Origin: an uncultured Gemmatimonadota bacterium
Lineage (GTDB): Bacteria; JAAXHH01
NCBI GenBank assembly: GCA_951812955.1
Contig: OX638340.1
Coordinates: 640,001-704,000, forward strand
DNA length: 64,000 bases
Direction: 5' to 3'
Of this stretch, positions 59,903 through 64,000 are shown in pieces. A program made the translations under genes and the position numbers. The notes beneath the pieces were generated by a model, which made no database searches, was not told the DNA's origin, and saw only the letters and a list, made by a program, of their open reading frames with translations. Position 1 is the stretch's first letter, and each line of letters opens with the position of its first letter.

Positions 59903-61834
59903 GTGGCTACTAAAAACTATGCCTCGCTGCCTTACACCGAACCGGACAACCTCGTCCGGGATTTCGCCAGTCGCGGCATCGTCGCCCTGCCGCCTGAAAG
60001 CCTGGGCATCCCCGAAGAAATCCATCATCGCATATACACCCTGGAAAAGCAGGCCTACCTGGCGAGAAAGCCCGTAACACCGGGCGGCATGCCGGACGTC
60101 CTGAAGGTCATCAACGCCCCGGGCGTGGTTGAAGCCTGCAACCGCATCGTGGGACGAAACTGGGCCATCGTCCCTTTCACACACAACGCCTCATTCGCGA
60201 GCGGCGCGCGGGACCAGCACTGGCACAAGGACGACAACGGCCCCTACAACGGCCGCAAGCAACGCCATCACCAGGCTGTGCAGATCGAAATGCTGTACTA
60301 TCCCCAGGACGTGAGCGAAGTCATGGGGCCGACGGCCACCATCCCCTACTCCCATTACTGGACGTTCAATCACGAAGAGAACCATGATAATTTCGCGGGG
60401 GCCGATCACCTCGATTTCGAGTACCAGATCAGCGGGATGGAAGGCGTCCCGGTCAGCGGTCCCGACTCCGAATACGACTGGGAGGAAGTCGTCCAACGGC
60501 GCACGGCCCACGACGTCCGCATGCGGGAAGCGGTGACCAATACGGGATGGCCCCTCGTGAGACCCTACGAGGCCGCGCCGCTACGGGCGGGAAGCGTGCT
60601 GCTTTACTCCCACAACACGTTCCACAGGGGAAATCACAGGCGCGACGACTGGAAACTGTGGGACAGCCATCCGCGCTTCATGTGGCGATTCTGGATCTAC
60701 CGAACTACCGAACCGGCCATACGCGATGGCGATGATCCCGGGGAAACCGCCTGGCGAAGCCTCGGCGCGGACCCCTTGACCGGTGTTGACCTGCGGTCGG
60801 CCGATGACGACGTGACGGTTGTCTGGCGCTACCACAACTACTGGATGCAGACCGGGAAAACACCCCCGCCGAGACCCGAAGCCGATTCGCAATCCATTGC
60901 GGGACGGAAATCCGAGGCACGGAATCTAAACGCGCAGTTGCACGCCATGGGCGACGAGTCGGAACCTCTCCGTATCGGCGCGGCCTACAAGCTCGCTTCG
61001 ATCGGGGACGACGCACTGGCGGTAAAGCACCTCGGCGAGGCGTTGTACAGTCATAGGGAAAGCGTACGCCGGGCGGCGACTTACGGCCTGATCGCCACTG
61101 GAGAGCAGGCCACGGCGACCTTCATCGAAGCGACGAAGTCACCGGTCAAATGGGTCAGAAAGGCCGGCGTATACGGACTGGGCGACTGCGCGCCGCTCAC
61201 CGACGAAGTACTGGCATCCGCAACTTCGCTCCTCCACGGTGATCCGTCCGTCTACGTCCGTGCTGTAGCCGCCGGAACACTGGGCTGCCTGGGACGGCGC
61301 GCCGCGGGAACGGGTATCGGAACGACCCTGATTCCCCGATGCCTCGCTGCGCTAGTACGCAGCATCGAGCGCGAAGAGAACCGGCTGAGCATGGACCTTG
61401 CGCAGCAGCGTAGCATCAAGTTCGCGCGACCCACCGACGCGTGCGACGTCTGCGAAGGCAACGGAGTCGACATGGGCCTGGACCGGTTCGAACCGGTACG
61501 CTCGGCGGTTCGGGAAAACGCCTTGTGGTCCATGGTCATCCTTTGTTCCCATGGAACTTACCTGGCGGACGATGCCCTGGTTTCCACCATCGAAGCCTTG
61601 AAAATGGTGGTGCGCAACGATAAAAACGTCATCTGCGTAGGATTCGCAATGGACGCCCTCAATCGCCTGGCGAACCTGGAAACCACCGGACCCACGCCGG
61701 CCGCGCTCGACAGACTGCGTGCAGACCTGCTGCAGATTCTCGGCGAATCCCCCATACGGTGCTGGGAAGCGCTCGTTCGGGGCGGACTGAGTACGGAGTT
61801 CCTGGCCGCGTTCTCCGAATCCGAAGCCGGATAG
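59903..61834 (+). CDS. Fusion protein: N-terminal PhyH-like Fe(II)/2OG dioxygenase domain plus C-terminal HEAT/PBS-lyase-like repeat domain
   Basis: 643 aa. The N-terminal roughly 300 aa have an HxD (QHWHKDDN) and a distal His (LLYSHNTFHRGNHRR), as in PhyH. The C-terminal roughly 330 aa carry HEAT-like repeats (EPLRIGAAYKLASIG, ESVRRAATYGLIATG, KWVRKAGVYGLGD, SVYVRAVAAGTLGCLG, ...). Confidence 0.55.
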   Translation: MATKNYASLPYTEPDNLVRDFASRGIVALPPESLGIPEEIHHRIYTLEKQAYLARKPVTPGGMPDVLKVINAPGVVEACNRIVGRNWAIVPFTHNASFASGARDQHWHKDDNGPYNGRKQRHHQAVQIEMLYYPQDVSEVMGPTATIPYSHYWTFNHEENHDNFAGADHLDFEYQISGMEGVPVSGPDSEYDWEEVVQRRTAHDVRMREAVTNTGWPLVRPYEAAPLRAGSVLLYSHNTFHRGNHRRDDWKLWDSHPRFMWRFWIYRTTEPAIRDGDDPGETAWRSLGADPLTGVDLRSADDDVTVVWRYHNYWMQTGKTPPPRPEADSQSIAGRKSEARNLNAQLHAMGDESEPLRIGAAYKLASIGDDALAVKHLGEALYSHRESVRRAATYGLIATGEQATATFIEATKSPVKWVRKAGVYGLGDCAPLTDEVLASATSLLHGDPSVYVRAVAAGTLGCLGRRAAGTGIGTTLIPRCLAALVRSIEREENRLSMDLAQQRSIKFARPTDACDVCEGNGVDMGLDRFEPVRSAVRENALWSMVILCSHGTYLADDALVSTIEALKMVVRNDKNVICVGFAMDALNRLANLETTGPTPAALDRLRADLLQILGESPIRCWEALVRGGLSTEFLAAFSESEAG

Positions 61835-61917
61835 ACTCGCAGACCTCTTTTTCGTTTCACTGTCTACGCGGAGCACCGTACTCCTCGGAACGTACCTGCC
61901 AGATTGATACAAGGGCG

Positions 61918-62910
61918 ATGCCCGTGCCGCATATCCTCGTCGAAAATATCGTCAAAACCTTCCGCATCGCCCAGCGCCGATCCGGGCTCTGGGGGGCCTT
62001 CCAGGGCGTCCTTCGCCGTGAATACAGGACGATCAAGGCCCTGGACCGCGTCTCCTTCGAACTGGCGCAGGGAGAACTGGTCGGTTATATCGGACCCAAC
62101 GGGGCGGGCAAGTCCACGACCGTTAAAGTCCTCTCCGGCATCCTGGTACCTGATTCGGGACGTTGCGAGGTCGATGGGCGCGTCCCATGGCGAAACCGTA
62201 TCGCCAACGCGGCCAACATCGGCGTGGTGTTCGGACAGCGGACCCAGTTGTGGTGGGATCTGCCCGTTATCGAATCTTTCGACCTGCTTCGGGATATCTA
62301 CCGGATCGGAAGCGGCGAATACGAGCGGGCCAGGGACGAGCTCGCGGCGCTCATGGATTTGGAACCGCTGTACGATATCCCGGTGCGTCAACTCAGCCTC
62401 GGACAGCGCATGCGGTGCGACCTGGCCGCGGCCCTGCTTCACGCACCCTCGGTGCTCTTCCTGGACGAGCCCACCATCGGCCTGGACGCCGTGTCAAAAC
62501 TTGCCGTACGGGATTTCATCAAGCGGCTGAACCGGGAACGGGGCGTTACCGTCGTACTGACAACCCACGACATGGACGATATCGAGGCCCTGTGTGAACG
62601 CGTGATGGTGATCGGTCACGGGAGCATTCTGTCCGACAGCACGCTGGACGACCTGCGCGCCCGTGTCACCCGGGAACGTCGTCTCATCATAGATCTGCTC
62701 GACGATGGCCAGGCGATCGAGGACCCGGACGTCGACTTCATCTCGCGAAGCGGAAACCGTGTCCACCTGCAGTTCGATCCGGACCGCGTTCAGACCGCGG
62801 CCCTGATCAGCCGGATTACGGCGAAGTACGCCATCAAGGACTTGTACGTAGAGAACCCGCCGATAGAAGAAATCATTTCCCGGCTGTACGACGAACACGA
62901 ACTCCGCTGA
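61918..62910 (+). CDS. ABC transporter ATP-binding protein (ABC-2/CcmA-like exporter ATPase)
   Basis: Has Walker A (GPNGAGKSTT), signature (LSLGQRMRC), Walker B (LFLDEPTIGLD) and an H-loop (TTHDM). The ATG at 61918 has an AAGGG Shine-Dalgarno. The longer ORF-track entry (61759) overlaps the previous gene. Confidence 0.85.
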   Translation: MPVPHILVENIVKTFRIAQRRSGLWGAFQGVLRREYRTIKALDRVSFELAQGELVGYIGPNGAGKSTTVKVLSGILVPDSGRCEVDGRVPWRNRIANAANIGVVFGQRTQLWWDLPVIESFDLLRDIYRIGSGEYERARDELAALMDLEPLYDIPVRQLSLGQRMRCDLAAALLHAPSVLFLDEPTIGLDAVSKLAVRDFIKRLNRERGVTVVLTTHDMDDIEALCERVMVIGHGSILSDSTLDDLRARVTRERRLIIDLLDDGQAIEDPDVDFISRSGNRVHLQFDPDRVQTAALISRITAKYAIKDLYVENPPIEEIISRLYDEHELR

Positions 62911-62923
62911 AAACCGGCCAGGC

Positions 62924-63730
62924 ATGATACAATCCTTTGTTCTCCCGTATACCGCCGTGCTATCCGCCCGGTTCCGGATGATCCTCCAGTACCGGGCCGC
63001 GGCCATTGCCGGCTTCGTCACGCAGATCGGCTGGGGCGCGATACGTGTCATGGCCATGGAAGCCTTTTACCGGTCCACGAACGCCCCCCAGCCCATGAAC
63101 CTCGAAGACGTAGTGACCTATGTCTGGCTGGGCCAGGCCCTCCTCGGCCTTTTACCGTGGAATCCCGACACGGAAGTCCGCACCATGGTCCGCTCCGGTA
63201 CCGTGGCCTACGAGCTGGTCCGGCCGGTAAACCTCTATGCCTACTGGTTCTCCCGTTCGCTGGCATTCCGTATAGCGCCGACACTGATGAGATCCATCCC
63301 GCTTGCGTTACTTGCGTTGCTGTTTTTCGGGATGCAGCCTCCGGCATCACCGGAGGCACTGGTCGTCTGGCTGGCGGCGACCCTCGGCGCGGTATTGCTA
63401 AGTACGGCGCTTACCGTAATCCTCACGATTACATTAATGTGGACGATTTCGGGGGAAGGCGTGGCCTTGCTTGTCTCGCCGGTCATCTATATTCTGGCGG
63501 GAATGGTCATCCCCCTGCCGCTCTTTCCCGACTGGGCGCAATTCGCGCTCGAAATCCTGCCTTTCCGCGGCATTTGCGACGCTCCGTTCAGGCTGTACAT
63601 GGGCCATATACCAATCACGGAAGCCTGGACCGTCCTGCTACATCAGTTGATCTGGATCATAGTCCTGGTGGCATTCGGCGCATGGTTGCTCTCGAAAGCG
63701 ACCCGCCGCCTGGTCATTCAGGGAGGCTAA
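62924..63730 (+). CDS. ABC-2 family transporter permease
   Basis: 268 aa with six predicted TM helices. It lies immediately downstream of the ABC ATPase (13-nt gap). Confidence 0.6.
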   Translation: MIQSFVLPYTAVLSARFRMILQYRAAAIAGFVTQIGWGAIRVMAMEAFYRSTNAPQPMNLEDVVTYVWLGQALLGLLPWNPDTEVRTMVRSGTVAYELVRPVNLYAYWFSRSLAFRIAPTLMRSIPLALLALLFFGMQPPASPEALVVWLAATLGAVLLSTALTVILTITLMWTISGEGVALLVSPVIYILAGMVIPLPLFPDWAQFALEILPFRGICDAPFRLYMGHIPITEAWTVLLHQLIWIIVLVAFGAWLLSKATRRLVIQGG

Positions 63731-63733
63731 CGG

Positions 63734-64000
63734 ATGGCGAACCCACTTGCGCTGTACACCCACTACGTGAGCATCTCCCTGCGCAGCCAGATGCAGTACC
63801 GGGTCTCCTTCATACTCGGTACGATGGGACAGCTGCTCGGTACGGCGGTGGAATTCATCGGTATCCTTGCCCTGTTCGACCGTTTCGGGAGCCTGAGCCA
63901 GTGGTCGCTCGCCGAGGTCGCATTCTTCTATGGACTGGTCAACGTGGCATTCGCCGTCACCGACATGTTGTCTCGCGGATTCGACCACGTGGGCGACCTG
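63734..64000 (+). CDS. Second ABC-2 family permease, 5' part only (runs off the window end)
   Basis: ATG at 63734 with a GGGAGG Shine-Dalgarno. It starts 4 nt after the previous stop. The frame (MANPLALYTHYVSISLRSQMQYRVSFILGTMGQLLGTAVEFIGILALF...) is open to the window end. Confidence 0.45.
   Translation, partial: MANPLALYTHYVSISLRSQMQYRVSFILGTMGQLLGTAVEFIGILALFDRFGSLSQWSLAEVAFFYGLVNVAFAVTDMLSRGFDHVGDL

Noticed and set aside
1-64000. CRISPR arrays, integrases, transposases, toxin-antitoxin pairs and other defence systems
   Set aside because: No spacer-repeat arrays, recombinase or DDE transposase motifs, or recognisable defence-gene families were detected in any frame. The window appears to be core or metabolic chromosome.

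Overview
This is a high-GC (about 62%) chromosomal window from a Gram-negative bacterium, probably an uncultured member of the FCB-group lineages (Gemmatimonadota/Latescibacteria-like). Features pointing there: a T9SS/FlgD-Ig-like C-terminal domain on a surface protein, a type-2 IleS, a multiheme cytochrome, and an rpoN-hpf-hprK regulatory PTS. Coding density is high, with about 52 supportable protein genes plus one tRNA-Phe. Long antisense ORFs in the six-frame track are typical GC-rich artefacts and were not called.

Gene content in order:
- (i) A sugar-acid catabolic set: 2-hydroxyacid dehydrogenase, PhyH dioxygenase, IlvD/EDD sugar-acid dehydratase, isochorismatase-fold hydrolase, PfkB/KDG-type kinase.
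- (ii) gcvT.
- (iii) A secreted protein with two lamin-tail domains and an acidic Pro/Glu-rich linker.
- (iv) prs, an orphan TRAP substrate-binding protein, a beta-propeller lactonase-like protein and a second PhyH.
- (v) A conserved envelope/regulatory locus on the minus strand: kdsB-kdsA-lpxL-like-lptC-lptA-lptB-rpoN-hpf-hprK-ptsH-ptsI.
- (vi) gatC and pcrA/uvrD.
- (vii) A GHMP sugar-1-kinase plus GalU-like nucleotidyltransferase pair and an RraA-like protein.
- (viii) An ileS-pyk-SSS symporter-MFS::HEAT operon.
- (ix) A DUF45 peptidase and a frameshifted cytoplasmic sulfatase.
- (x) An ECF sigma factor with a zf-HC2 anti-sigma factor that carries a bactofilin-like domain and a polytopic membrane tail.
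- (xi) A Cys-type NAD-linked formate-dehydrogenase-like FdsA plus a fused FdsG/B diaphorase subunit.
- (xii) A metallophosphoesterase and pepA.
- (xiii) An organic-acid cluster: FmdB-like zinc ribbon, GlcF-like Fe-S protein, DapA-family aldolase, tartrate/isopropylmalate-type dehydrogenase, a small HEAT plus ClpX-type zinc-finger protein, and an FAH-family hydrolase.
- (xiv) A pentaheme c-type cytochrome.
- (xv) tRNA-Phe(GAA) followed by about 480 bp of non-coding DNA, then an FtsX/MacB-type permease, a PhyH::HEAT fusion protein and an ABC-2 exporter (ATPase plus two permeases, the last truncated by the window end).

No CRISPR array, integrase, transposase or recognisable defence system was seen.

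The most unusual signals are:
- the recurring HEAT-repeat fusions (MFS::HEAT, PhyH::HEAT, HEAT::Zn-finger);
- the bactofilin-containing anti-sigma factor;
- the kinase/pyrophosphorylase NDP-sugar salvage pair;
- a triplicated RBS-containing 18-bp repeat at the gcvT start;
- a duplicated about 65-bp element in a divergent promoter region;
- a frameshifted sulfatase.
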